A stretch of DNA of 63,387 bases, the filler included, from Folioceros fuciformis (lineage: Eukaryota): assembly GCA_049999805.1 (NCBI GenBank). It is 3 parts of 2 records of this genome, joined end to end, with 100 filler letters (N's around TTAATTAATTAA, not from the genome) between each part and the next. Parts side by side here need not be neighbours in the genome. Positions count along the whole stretch, not along the records: positions 1 to 30,525 come from JBNGIO010006136.1; 2 more parts are not named here. One strand, given 5' to 3'. Made by a program: the position numbers and the translations under genes. The notes beneath the pieces were generated by a model. That model had not been told where the DNA came from, searched no databases, and saw only the letters and a list, made by a program, of their open reading frames with translations. Positions 12,427 to 25,432 of this stretch are shown piece after piece. How positions within the stretch are numbered: the stretch's first letter is position 1; each line of letters begins with the position of its first letter.

Positions 12427-12935
12427 TGTCCGAATGGGTTGTAGGGCACAAAGTAGGTGTCCGAATGGGTTGTAGGGCACAAAGTAGGTGTTTGAATCGG
12501 TTGTAGGGCACAAAGTAGGTGTCCGAATCAGTTGTAGGGCACAAAGTAGGTGTCCGAATCGGTTGTAGGGCACAAAGTAGGTGTCCCAATCGATTGTAGG
12601 GCACAAAGTAGGTGTCCGAATCGGTTGTAGGGCACAAAGTAGGTGTCCCAATCGGTTGTAGGGCACAAAGTAGGTGTACGAATGGGTTGTAGGGCACAAA
12701 GTAGGTGTACGAATGGGTTGTAGGGCACAAANNNNNNNNNNNNNNNNNNNNNNNNNNNNNNNNNNNNNNNNNNNNNNNNNNNNNNNNNNNNNNNNNNNNN
12801 NNNNNNNNNNNNNNNNNNNNNNNNNNNNNNNTAGGGCACAAAGTAGGTGTCCGAATCGGTTGTAGGGCATAAAGTAGGGACACGAAGGGGGCATATTATG
12901 TCCGAAATGTTTGGGGCACGTTATGTCCGACCGTA
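12427..12935. repeat. 31-bp tandem array (gap-interrupted), probably the subterminal repeat of a DNA transposon
   Basis: Unit TGTCCGAATCGGTTGTAGGGCACAAAGTAGG, about 10 copies in 12427-12731 and more after the gap. It decays into ...GGGCACGTTATGTCCGACCG|TA at 12933. Confidence 0.85.
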
Positions 12936-13158
12936 TACCACTGCCCTAAAGTTTGTGTGAAAAGAGCCCCTGACCATATATTCCATACCAAAGCAGATAA
13001 AGATTGTCTACCAAATAGGATTTATGGAGGAAGGGCAAGTGTATGGCATGCCAGAGCGGACAGAGATTGACATCATAATGAATGATCGCTTTGGTGCCCA
13101 GATGAAAATTACCCTCCTCGCTATTGGGACATTTGTACGGGCACCAAAATCCTAGATT

Positions 13159-13349
13159 ATTCTCGCAAGCATATGAATCTTGTTTCCCCTACTCGCTATT
13201 CTCACAAGCATATGAATCTTGTTTCCCCTACTCGCTATTCTCGCAAGCATATGAATCTTGTTTCCACTACCCGCTATTCTTGCAAGCATATGAATCTTGT
13301 TTCCCCTACTCGCTATTCTCGCAAGCATATGAATCTTGTTTCCCCTACT
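13159..13349. repeat. 39-bp minisatellite, about 5 copies
   Basis: Unit ATTCTCGCAAGCATATGAATCTTGTTTCCCCTACTCGCT. It explains the repetitive SLFSQAYESCFPY ORFs in the track. Confidence 0.9.
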
Positions 13350-13656
13350 GGATATGAGCAAAAGCACTCTACACACATGCTATGATGGTTGTCCTTCCTT
13401 TTGAAGAGTTTGATTCCTCCAACTCCCTACAAAATCAGACCATACCGTCTTCCGACTGCAGGTATGTAATATGTATAATACTGAAAAATAAATACGTGGA
13501 ACATATTTCTATATAATATAGCCAAAAAATAAAAAATAACGGTTTTCGTTCTTCTGAAATGCCTGCGGAGGCCTTGCCACCGAAGCCAGGAGCCCTGACC
13601 TACAGGGCACCGACTCCTGCAGGGCAAGCCCGCTCTACATCGTAGGCTATAGCGAA

Positions 13657-14538
13657 TTAGCGTTGGTGTTTACGCAGCACATCATAGCACGGATCCCTCA
13701 AATTCTCCCAGGAGGGAGAGAAGGACTTGGGGCAAGCAAAGGAGAGGGGCTCCCGCATTCCCGCCAAGGTTATGTACAACTGCTGGCCATCAAGAATTGT
13801 CCATGGCCGCGGCCGAGAGGCGCTCCACTTAAAGCTTGCTGTCAGCATCCCGCAAAATTCAAAGCTTCGCATTCAGATTCAGCACCACCCTCGCAAAATT
13901 TACAGATTCGCAGTCAGCACTCCCCGCACGTACTGCACCTCCAAGCCATACCAGCAGGATGGGGCGTAGGGCAGACTGATCCATGGCAGCATGCCCCTGG
14001 AGGACAGCAGCACCGTCCCGCCGTCCGCCAAAATACGTCTATCGGTGTCGCTCGGGTCCCACCTTGCCAGGAGGCCTAGGGCTGCAACATGTTCTTCATC
14101 TCGCTGTGGCTCCTGAACATGGTACACGTGCCAGTGGTTTGAGCTGGTATGATAGACGGAAACATCCACGGTCGCACGCCTTGCCATGCCTATAGCCACC
14201 AGCGTCGTCGGGTACTCTCGCTGTAACATAACCTTCTCCTGCAACAAGCTCGGCCACGACGCCACCTCTTTCCACTCTCTGCACACCGCTCGTGCCCGCA
14301 GCAGGCTCACCAACGGCAAAGCTGCCAGCACCTTCATCAGCACGTCTTGCGGCAGGTAGCTCCATATGCCAATCTCTTCCTCCAGGACCTGCTTTTGCTC
14401 GGGATCCGGCTCCTGCTCCTGCTTCTGCTTCTCCTGCTCGCGCTGGTCCTGGAGCTTGCGAGGCCTGATCGCCGCATACACCATCCTCCTCCAGCTCCGC
14501 ATCCATATTCTCACACGTCTTACGGGCTCGCACCACAT
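13657..14538 (-). pseudogene. F-box protein gene, probably truncated or degenerate
   Basis: WSYLPQDVLMKVLAALPLVSLLRARAVCREWK is a canonical plant F-box motif. The ORF stops at 13900 and downstream sequence continues only as fragments. Confidence 0.7.
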
Positions 14539-14857
14539 TTTTTTCCTTGCTCCCTCCTTCCCTCCCTGAAGGGACCTTGGTCTCCTACCTGAAAGACGTA
14601 GTCGTGCATGAAAACCTGCCTACTTTGCATGGTTATGGCTCTCACTGGAATGCGCGACGCTTCCAGGCTAATTCCTTGATTGAGAGATTCTGAAATTGAA
14701 GACGATGTGTGGTTGCATGGAGCTAGTGAGGAGCTAACAGTTGCTGACTCGGGCGTGCACCGATTTAGCAGTGTGGAGGAGCAACGACAGTTTATCTCTA
14801 CACGAGAGATAATGGTTCATGCGAGGCATACGTTGCATGCAGGCAGTCGTGAGGAGA

Positions 14858-14940
14858 ATGCATGACATTGTGTCGGAGATTCTGGCAAGGCTGCCCGCTC
14901 CGCAGAGCGACCGCACCAAGCTCCGCATCGCACGAAACCT
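14858..14940 (+). pseudogene. Second, divergently oriented F-box fragment
   Basis: Plus-strand translation MHDIVSEILARLPAPQ... matches the F-box core. No long ORF. Confidence 0.45.
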
Positions 14941-15483
14941 CATGGTTTCCGTCACCAATTTCGTGTGAGAGCACGAGCGTCTCTTGAGTCACGAAAGGAA
15001 AGGATACTCGACAATGGATCCCGGAACATTAAAAAACCAAACTCAAAGATCTACTACGGAGCATAGTGATTTAGCAAGCCAAATTATGGTGCAATGTACC
15101 CACTGAATTGTGGCGCACGATACTCACCGAGGTGTAGTGGAATACCGATCGCGCTAGGGAGAGAGCAATGACCGGTAAATCACCAGAGCAATAACCCGTG
15201 TATCGCCATATTGATGTTCCATACGCAACGACCACAACGTAATAATAGATGACTCACTCTTGGAAGGCCTCACCCCTAAACCCTAAACCCTTGTGGAAGT
15301 GAACCTACTTAATTATTCGCATCTTTGTAACAATTGAAGCCCAGTAATGATACACCTCAGACGTTTTCATAATCCCATCATACTCCAATCATTCTAGGAG
15401 CGAACAACTGCTGACCCTGTGATTTCATTTACCTGGATACACTTATACGCATACAACATGACATGTGACTGACAATCAGAATT

Positions 15484-18400
15484 CTACTTACTGTTGGAAA
15501 GCTTGTCCGCAGAGTTATCAACAGACAAAGAATCGGAGGGGCGGATCATATGGTTTGGGTGGCAGGGCCTATCCCATATCTTCACATGTCCTTCATGACA
15601 CGCAGTCAATATTGCTTCTTTAGTAAAGAGTAGCCCTGATAGAGGTTCTGCGTGGACACGGTGTGCCATCACTGGAGAAAGCTTTGGCACTTCCTTACGA
15701 ACAGGTGCCGGGTGTAGGTACCCCACACCTTGTGAGCTGTCCCAGTTAGCAGTCTTCAATGTGGGCGATGACGCAGAAGGTGCTAACCTTCTCAACGGCA
15801 TGACCACTTCATCCATGGCCATATCCCACAAGAGCAATTGCGCGTCCTGCGTGAAACACCAGCACATCCCTTGCGTCAGACTTTATTCCATGCTACAGAA
15901 CCGGCACCCTGCGGCCCATCCAGTCAGCATCCCTTACAAAGACAATAGCGAGGACTAACCTACCTGCCCCACAGACCCAAAACGATATGTCACGCCATCC
16001 CCCGAGTCATCTGAAGGAGGTGACGTCCAGAAGGAATCAAACGCCACACCGCTAACCTGTTCCAGCCATTGAAACGTGTGTTAACCAGCGGTGGGGTGCA
16101 CAAGAAGTGCGCGCGGTCATGAGAACGGAATTCTAGCTTGAGAACCCTTACTGGGAGCCAGAGGCGTCTCTACTCCCCGACCGACCAACACACAGACTCG
16201 ACACCAGAACAGCTACCTACAGCCCAAACATAATGCTCCATGCCTTGAGACATTGCCAGACTCATGTTTGAAAGACAGAAAGTCGACGCACCCAGGAATT
16301 ATGCCCTTCCCCCCAAGCAACAATAGCCTGATCCTCCATACTCCAGACCTGCACCAGATCGTCTTCTCCTCCTGTCAAGACATACTTGCCATCCGGGCTT
16401 CGATGCACAACAACAAAGGTTTTTGTAAGCCATGTGACGTGAGCAGGTTTACCTCATATTCGTCAATTGACAAACATCCCACACTTTGAGCTCACAAAAG
16501 AATGATCTGAACTTCCATTCAAGAACAACTATCAGCCACAAAGCCTAAAACCTGCACATACCTCCAGGCACAGCATAGCAACGCACCGAAGTAGCCTTTG
16601 CAGCCACAGGCGAGTACTTCCTTCGAGTACTCAAAGATGCGCAGGTAACCTACAGGACATTCAGAGTAGTCAATGTAAGTGCACAAATGCTCGTCTAGAA
16701 CAAGAATTCACTGAACCTGACTTCCTCTAGACAGATCAAAATTTGCAGCATGAAAATCTCCATGGAAGGAATATGCGAGTTAGAGCACCGCAAACCCAAC
16801 ACTTAACAAAAATCAAGCACAAACAGTTAGAAATTATTAACCGAGGCAGCCATAGCTGTATGATCGATGACTCACCATCCCTTCCCACCGTGGCCATGAA
16901 CAATCCATCTGCTGAGAAAGATATTCCATTTATTGCACCTTGGCAGATGTGCCATCTTGCAATTGGATTGCTCTGCAGAGGACTCAGCGACATGAGCATC
17001 TTCAACACAATGAGAGACAAGCAAGCTGTGAAGCTACATTCTAAACAAAAGGCTGCGAGTAATTACTTGAAATAAAAAAAAAAAGTCTAAGTTCAGACAA
17101 CACGAGATTTGTAGGCACCTTGCTTGACCTGGCGTGGGCAAAAGTGAATTGTGCCGGATCTTTTATAGGTGGAAAGCTCACGTCTCCACTGCCATCTTTG
17201 CTCTGAGAGACCCATGACTGAAGTTAGCAAAGTTGCAAACCTGCACAGACGGAGCAAGAAGAAAGCTGTGCCATTCACATCAAAGAACTCATGAGATTCT
17301 AGAAGGATTGCTGTGACAGTGCCGAACCCTAAGATAAGGAGGACTTACCTTGTCATACACATAGAGATTCCCATCTGCATGTGCAGCAACAAAGATGCCA
17401 TCTGTACGAGGAACCCACGACACTGATGTGCATCGACTGCGACCAGAGGACGACAGTCAGAATGGCGCAAGAGAGGACGAACACTGAAAGACTTAGCAAC
17501 AGACATGAGTAACGGAAGAAAAATCCTTTAGGGAAGCACACGACTAGGTCTTTCGAAGACGAAAACGAAGCACCTGTTGTTAATTGCCCCATCCTTGTTG
17601 TAGTGTGTGGCTCCTACAAGTTTCTTTCCAGAATCCTGCAGCTGCTGCCTCAGAGACGCAGAGTAGACTGCACATGGACGCATGCAATGTTGTAGCGCGA
17701 AATACCCGAGGACGAAGCGAGCAGCAAACGAGACAGCCACTCACCATCTCCTGTACTCAAGCCGATGAGTAAATCGTGGCCATCCTTAGCGTCAGCATCG
17801 AAACTGTGACAAATTGGATTCGCCCCGTTGAACTGTATGCACTTCACCGGGTCCTGCGACAACAGATCCCAAAGACGTGAGCCGGCCGGCGCGTCACACA
17901 GAAAGCAGAAGCAGCAGCAGGGAACGAAGGTCGAGGCAAGTCCTTCCTTCCGTGCTTGCCTTGTCCTGAGAGCTGACATCACTGATGAAGATCGCATCGC
18001 TGACGTTGAAAATGAGGTAAGTACCCTCGCCATCGAATGCAGGAACAGCAGGGCCACCATTGACAGCGCCCGGCAGCAGAGGAGCGGATGTCTTGGCACC
18101 GCCGCTCATCCTGGAATAGGCATTTCCTCCTCCAAAGCCCAGAGTCCTGCCCCCATTCCCAGACCCGAGCAATCGAGCAGCTGTGAAGCGACTCCCGGTG
18201 CCGGTACCGCTGGAGCTGTTGCTCCCAGTGGAGGAGGGCCCGGCAGGCTTGCCTTTGAGGTGAGCGAGAGTGACCTGGTGCCAGCAGCAGCACGGTGACG
18301 AGGTGAGCACTAGCCATAGCAGCATCCAAATCCCTGCCAGGGTGCAAACGTACCACAGTGACCGCCTTGTTGTGGCTGTAGTGCAGCAGGCCAGCGGGAT

Positions 18401-18488
18401 GCGTCTTCTCGTGCGTCAAGCTGTAGCGGCCCTCGGGCGTCTTGAAGTGGGTGCGCACCGCGGAGGATTGCGAGTGCGGGGTAGCCAT
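15484..18488 (-). CDS. WD40-repeat protein, DMWD/WDR20/CreC-like (multi-exon)
   Basis: Motifs RTHFKTPEGRYSL, TYLIFNVSDAIFISD, HDLLIGLSTGD, NPIARWHICQGAINGISFS...ATVGRDG, QDAQLLLWD and HVKIWDRP, with GT-AG introns between them. Confidence 0.88.
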
Positions 18489-20305
18489 GCCCTTCAATTG
18501 CAATGCAGCCGAGGCTTCATCCTTGTGCCTCGTGCGCAGTAGAGCATCCCGTCCTTTCCCCCCTCCCCACCCGGGCTGTATGCAGTGCCGTGCAGTGCTG
18601 TGTGCTGCCCTGGGACTGTTTGTTTCCAAATGACACCGCTAACCTGTGCTTCCTTCCACCCAGGCACTCAGGGGAACGTATATGTCTATCTGTCTTTATA
18701 TCACACAAATATTCCACACCATAACCTCCGCACTCGACACCGAGAAAGAAAGGTGGAGACTTTATTATAAAGAAGACGCTGGAACCCATTTACTCCTACA
18801 ACAAAAAAGGTCACAATCCCAAACAAAGGGCCACAAGCCCATGAAAGCAGTTCAAATTCAAGGGACTAGAACACGCTATCAAGCATATAGCATCTACATC
18901 ACTAATGGATTAATATATATATATATAACTATATCACATATATATAATATAATCTGATATAATAAATAAATAATTTTTATTATTAAAAAAGAGATGGAAA
19001 GTCCTATGTACTCCAAAGATTGGAGGAATAACCCTAACAATGCCACATGCCAAAAGGATACTAGTCCCTTATATACACATTATATATAGAGAATATGTTC
19101 ACTCATGAAGTGAAGTCAAGGTTTTATATACTACTAACTCTAGAACTATTCAAAAAAAACTTTGAAGAACTATCTATATCACTAACTAAAAGGAATTCCA
19201 TAGATAAGAAAAAACAAGATGAGAAACTTATCTACCCCTAAAGAGTTGAGATCAATCACCAAAGGCAACCAAGTCACCGACGGTAGCCATGAAGCTGTTA
19301 AGCCTAAAAGCTACCAACAAAAACCCAAAACACTAAGTGTCGAAAGAACTTCGAACAACTATTTAGATCATTGAAAGAAATTCAAACATCCATTTAGATT
19401 AGTGATGTCTCATTCACTTGAGAAAGAAGAAGATGGAGAACTGATCTGCCCTAAAAGAGGTGAGACAAACCACCAAAGATGATGGGCAATACATGACAAA
19501 GAAGACCTTACCCATTTTTCTTGTTTTGAACCATCTAACCACTACATTGGGGTTAGTGGTCGAGGTTCTTATGTAGTTAATCGGAACATTGGGGCTAGCC
19601 AACACCTTATATCGTTAATTTTTCACTAGAACTTTCGGAGAACTGCCTATGTCATACCAGAACTCCTAATTACTAATGGCTCAAAAAACTTTGTGATTAG
19701 GAATGTCAAAGGGTTGGAGTTGGAGAAGCTACTTCTTTCACACTTATCTTGAACTACTTTTCAGCACTTACTGATGTCTTGATATCCCATACACCACATT
19801 AGCCAACACCCTAGGGGCTAATCCATAAAGCGTAATAACTACTAATACCACCCAATGGTTTTAATTATGATTATTGTTAATGAAGATTCTTTTCGTTCCA
19901 TTAAATCAAATTTATAATCACAGTTAGACATCTTGTTTTAAAATGTAAATTATTAAAATATTTAATGATAATAAATTATATAAATATTATACATTTATGC
20001 ATGTTATAACCCGGAACACAAAATGTAGCTAACCAACTGGATACGTACGAACACTGTAGAAAAATTGACTTGACACATCTATCTATCTATGGATGGATCT
20101 ATCCCATGGTAGCGTGACAAGGATGAGAATGTTGAGGGTCCAGCCTTCCAGGCAAGGCAAAGGCAGGCTTGCCGTTGAGAGACTGTGTGGCAGGGCAACC
20201 GGGAGAGTGGTTTGACGTCACTCGGGTGGTGACTGGCAGGTGCACGTCGTTTGGGCCAGTGCGAGGCCTGCTGCGTCCAGACCAGAGCAGACCAGAGACG
20301 GGCAG

Positions 20306-20390
20306 TCCAGGCCAGGCCAGGCCAGGCCAGGCCAGGCCAGGCCAGGCCAGTTCAGTTCAGTCTGGTCCGGTCCAGTCCAGTCCAGTCCAG
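20306..20390. repeat. (CCAGG)n / (CCAGT)n pentanucleotide microsatellite upstream of the BAR-like gene
   Basis: About 9 perfect CCAGG units followed by TCAGT/CCAGT units. Confidence 0.9.
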
Positions 20391-20506
20391 GCGTTGGGAG
20401 CACACATTGTGTCCGTCCCCCGAGTTGGTCTCCGCCCTCGCCGGGATCCAGGCGGTGTGTTTGAGCTTGGAGCACTGGAGCCTTGGCGTCCGCCTGCTCT
20501 TGCCCT

Positions 20507-23189
20507 ATGAAGTCTTTCAGGAGGCTGAGCAGTCTGGTGCTCAGCACGCACAAGCCGCCCAGGGACAAGGATAAGGCGGAGAGGGAGAGGCGCATCGATG
20601 GCGGGGACGGGATGCCAGGGGCGCAAGATGAAGAGGGCCTCACCATCGCCAAAGGAATGCAGGTGCCTGAACGGGGCCCCTTCCTGCCTGCTGCCATGCT
20701 TTGGAGTCACTAGAAATGGAAAGGAAACCAATAGGGCCCTGCCGTCCCCCGCCATCTCACTCTTTCTTTGCTGCCTGACTGGACTGGATGCGAACATGGG
20801 TGCAGGAGTTGCGGGACATGACTGCCCGGTACCAGGGCTTGGTCACCGTTTCTGCGCAGCTGGCGGCCTGTGCTTACGGTTAGATCGTGCTACGCCGCTC
20901 CTCTGGGAATGAGGGGTATGGGGATTCGTGTTCGGAGACTCATACTCACCTCATCTTGTGTCACAGAGTTTTCTGGAGCAGTTCAGGACATGGGCTCGTA
21001 CTGTATCAACAATTTCGGATTCGTGGGGAATGACGATATCGGTTAGCTCATGTCCTTACCCTTCACCTTGCAGCAGCAGCACCCTGTCTGTCGCTCCTCT
21101 GCTGGATTTTCTCGCTCACCCTTTGCTCCGGTGTCTAGGTAAGATCTTCGAAACCGTGGGGAAGGTGCAGTTTGAGATCTCCAAATTTCTGGACCTCTAT
21201 GTTCGTATTCAATTCACTCACTTTCGATCCTCTGCCACCTCTCTGAACAGCAGTTCGTATTTTTCCTCCAACTTGAGTGTGTGCCTCGCCAGCGGTAATG
21301 CTGCTCTTCTAATCCCCGTCTGTGCAGGGTAGCCATGTGTCCCAAACTATTGTCACCCCGACGGAGAGTCTGCTAGCTGAGCTTCGGCGTCTGGAGGTCA
21401 GTGGCACGTCCTTAACACGTCCGTTTTGAAGAGACGAGAAATTTCGAGCTTCCTTCCTTTCGCTTATGACAACGTTGTTGGTGCAGGATTCAAATAGACA
21501 GTACGATGCAAAGAGGTGAGCGGACATGGTCCTCTATCACCGTTTCAGTCGGTGGAGCCCTTGATTAAGCCGGTCGGTGACTTGCTGTGACAGGCAGGCA
21601 TATGATGCTTTGAGGTACAGTAGCATGTCGGGAAGGATGAAGAATTCTAAGGAAGATGCACTCCTGGAGAAGCAGATGCAGCAAAACAAAGTGGAACGTG
21701 AGGAGCTGGCCGTTTTCATCGGTTGCCGCTTGCTATCCCTACAGCACGGTCGCCCACGCAGTCTTATAACACAGGCAGCTCGCCATTACACCGCCCAGGT
21801 GCTCTCCCACACTGCCTTACCAGTCTATTGGGAATGCGCCCGCTCCTATTCAAGTCATGAATTGTGACTTAAGATCCCATGGTGTACGCTTCTCAGGTCC
21901 AGCTCTTCGGCAGCGTAGTGGAGGCTCTTCAGGGTGTTGAAAGCTACATGAAGAACGTTATGCAGGAGCGTGACATTGATGAGAATCTTAACTCTGCAGC
22001 CGATGCAGCTCCAGACAAGCAGGTGGGTGCTCACACTCGGAAAGGGTCACTCTGCTCGTAATTCGTTTCTTTTGCTCCTCTCCAGTCACCCTGCCTACGT
22101 GTTAGTATGCAGAGCGTGAAAGTTCCAGAAAAGAGCAGCAGCAAGCCCAACACTCCGTCCCCGAGAGCAGTGCCTGATCAAAGTCCCGTTGAGCAGATTT
22201 GGGCCAACATGCGGAGAACCAACAAAGCCATGACGCCTGCATCCCCTACTGGTTATCAAAAGAGCTATGTATGTAACCCTATGGTGGTATCTCCTCCGCC
22301 TTCACCTCGACAAGAACTTGGGACGACGTCCGTCACTTTTGGGCCTCCCTCCAGGCGGCCACCTACTCCACCTATCCCTCCTATGAAGGTTGATGAGCTT
22401 CAGGATGTGGAGCACTTGGATCTCACACTAATTGAGGAGGCCAGGGGAAGCGGCGACAATCAGCAGCAGAGTGATGAAGCAGCTGTGGCAGAGGAGGCAT
22501 CAACCTTCTTACTTGATAGAGTGCAGGTTCAGCAGGAGGTCACCGTCGCCAGGCCAACTGCACCCTCTGCTTCTCCCAGGACCAGTCACGTGCCTCCCAG
22601 TGTGACCTTAGGTATTCCGACACTGTCCTCGGTTGCCATCAGCAACGAGCAGAGTCAAAACAAGAGCAGGAGGCCCGACAAAATACCGGAAGCTTCTCCG
22701 GTTAGGCGACACTCTCAATCAGGTCCTCTGACAAGGGATGGGACTCCTTGGTCGGTTCCCGTGAGCAGAGCCAGCAGCAGTTTGAACAGGTTGCCTAGAG
22801 ACAGCACCATCTTTGGTACGCCAAGGTCATCTAAAGTTGCAAAGGTGCAAATAAGCGAGCTGCATAAGCTGCCTGCTCCTCCACCCTCAGCTCCCGAGCC
22901 GTCAGGGCCTGGGCATGCTGGTGGAATGGGAAGATCGACGACCCGTTCGGGCCCCTTGCCCAAGAGTCATGATGATGCGGCGGCAAGGACGAGAACTACT
23001 GCCCGCCAACACCTCCTGGCAACTGAAGCTGCTTCTAGTCGCAGTGGGGTGTCCAGAAGCCTGTCGCTACCTGCATTTGCTCCCAAGGCGCAGGTGTCTA
23101 CCGCACCCAACGTGCATGACTCTCCGCGTGCAACTCGAAGACTCTCGAGAATTGAAAAGGAGAGATCTGTGAGCGTCGGCGGTGCGTAA
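20507..23189 (+). CDS. BAR-domain-like protein with Pro/Ser-rich C-terminus (At2g33490-like), multi-exon
   Basis: N-terminus MKSFRRL. Helical exons GKVQFEISKFLDLY, SHVSQTIVTPTESLLAELRRLE and RSLITQAARHYTAQ. The long last exon has HSQSGPL and ISELHKLPAPP motifs typical of this plant family. Confidence 0.75.
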
Positions 23190-23274
23190 GTGACATATCC
23201 GAGGTGCTAATTACTCACAACTGACTTGTGCAAATACATCTGTGTATCATGCTTCTTGCCACTTATTTGTACAA

Positions 23275-25240
23275 CTACATTCTAAGCTGGGAGGCTTCTT
23301 CCAGGCTACCATTTTTATCATCAGAGTGTCCCTGGCCCAACCAACTACAGAGCCTCCCATCCTCACCACCAGTCCAATAAGTTGGCCCTGAAATGGAGCT
23401 TGCGCCACTCCACACACTTCTTACAACCTCCGAATGCCCACCTTCAAGTATGACACTGGCCTGTCCTACAACGGAATCCGAAAGTAACGGGAAAACTCCA
23501 ACGGAGCCACTTCGGGTGCCACCCAGAACGGAGAGGCATCCCGACAACGCTGAGTACTGACAGTCGATGAGATAATCCACCTGTAAAGATGCATCCACAA
23601 GTGAGAGCTGATTTCCTCGAGATACCCTGTCGACGGGATAGTGAGAGGAACCCAACAGAGCTCTCATACAACAAACCCTGATAACGATTGGAGAACTGAA
23701 GAGATCAACGCATACATGGCATTTCCCACCGGGACGATGAGGAATCTGAGTAGACGGCCATGTGGGTATTTACTAACTCAGAGCAGCGAAAGCATAAATC
23801 ACACTCCTCACCCACATTGAGTCATCAATCAAATTGGAAAACACAGCCGAATTCTACTGTGAGTCAGCATAGAGTACAACATGCACGCACATGAAAAGTG
23901 AAAGGTGTCAAGTAAACACGTACAGAGTCCAAAGGCCAGTTGGATGTCAACCGTGACCTGATGTCACCGAAGTCGGCTTGCATGACTGAAGAATCCATAT
24001 TCCAGATCCTGCATCAAATCATGGTAATATACAATGAAGGGCTTCTCGGCAATGGAAGAGTCACAGGCCCCACGAGAAAGCCCGACATACATCGTACCTC
24101 AGGGTTTCAATATGTGTCAAGCACCATATTTTTTTATACTGATCCCCATGAAAGCCGAACTTGGAGACAGACGTTCCAACGTTCATGACCTGGCCCATGG
24201 AAAGTTAGAGAAGTGGTGAACCCGACCACAAAAGTTGCCGAAGGATGCCGAGAGGACGAATTACTAGCCAAGCTACGTAGCTCACCGACTCCAAGGCGTC
24301 CTCTTCAGCGATGTTCCCACTAGTGTCAACCGTACAAACAAGGCCATCCACTGATGCGGACACCACTCGTTCATGTTTACAGCTGTGGAACTTCACCTAG
24401 AAGGCGAAACTGGACAAACCCGTCGTCAACGAGAATAGGTTTCCCGATTCAGAGGCCAGAGACAAACAAAGAGATAATAAAAAACAGACATTGCAAAGCC
24501 AGAAACCTGCGTCACAGCTTCGGTGTGGAGCTCATCCAAGCATGATTGTTGCTGTTTTCTCCTCCAGTCCCAGAATACCAACTGCTTGCAAGCAGTGAAA
24601 GTTCGAAGGTTGTAAGCTCTGTCCTCGCACACACAGTTTGGTTTGCCAGTGAAGGGCAACATGAGATACCTCGGCACCAACACCGGCAACGACAGTACAC
24701 CCCGACGAGCCTCCACAGCTGAAGCTCCACACCTCTCGCGACGAAGAATTGGGTCTCAGCAAACCAACCTAGCAACATTTGGAAGGCCTCGTTAAGGAGC
24801 ATTCTGTGTGCGTTATAACATCAGAGCAAGGCTGGAGTACGTGACACAGACCTGAGACCGGGAGCGCACGTCCCAACCACGGAGGGTTCCATCACTAGAG
24901 GAAGAAAACAAGAGATTGGGTGACAATTGCTCCACGTAGGCCACCTGAGTCACAGTATCCTCATGGCCGCAGCACAACCCCAGACGCTTGCCCGTGGTAG
25001 GAGAGTACAGGCAGATGGAGTTGGTAGAAAGAGAGACTGCCATGACAGAATTGCTGGCGCTGCCATACATGTAATACAACACAGGTTGGCACAACCCGCT
25101 CAAGAGCAGAAGATCGAGATGTCGGGAATGGAGAATACGCACTTGACGGCAATGTCGAAGACATAGTCAGAGTCCGAGCCGGAGCCATTGGCAGCCGCAC
25201 CGGCCTGAATGCGGTAAAGGACGTGAGGACGCGCCGCCAT
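23275..25240 (-). CDS. WD40 protein GTS1/WDR89-like, multi-exon
   Basis: Start MAARPH...DYVFDIAV. Motifs MAVSLSTNSICLYSPTTG, SSSSDGTLRGWDVR, LDELHTEAVTQV, SASVDGLVC, DYLIDCQY and GGHSEVVRSV...WTGGEDGRLCSW. Confidence 0.85.
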
Positions 25241-25432
25241 CGAGGAACAGAATTCCGACTTCTGGAATTTTTGTCACCTACACATAGAAGGTTGTAGCAG
25301 TATCCAACAATTGTACGTATCCAGACGGTAGTCATTCGACTAGGTCTCGTATCTTCGGACTGTTACTTATCCTTCATTTCTAGGTTTCTGTGAGCGGAGT
25401 GGAGCCAGGCATCTCTGCGCCATCAGGGCAAC

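Noticed and set aside
12214-13385. Repetitive ORFs (CALQPIRTPTLCPT..., SLFSQAYESCFPY...)
   Set aside because: These are translations of minisatellites and N-gaps.
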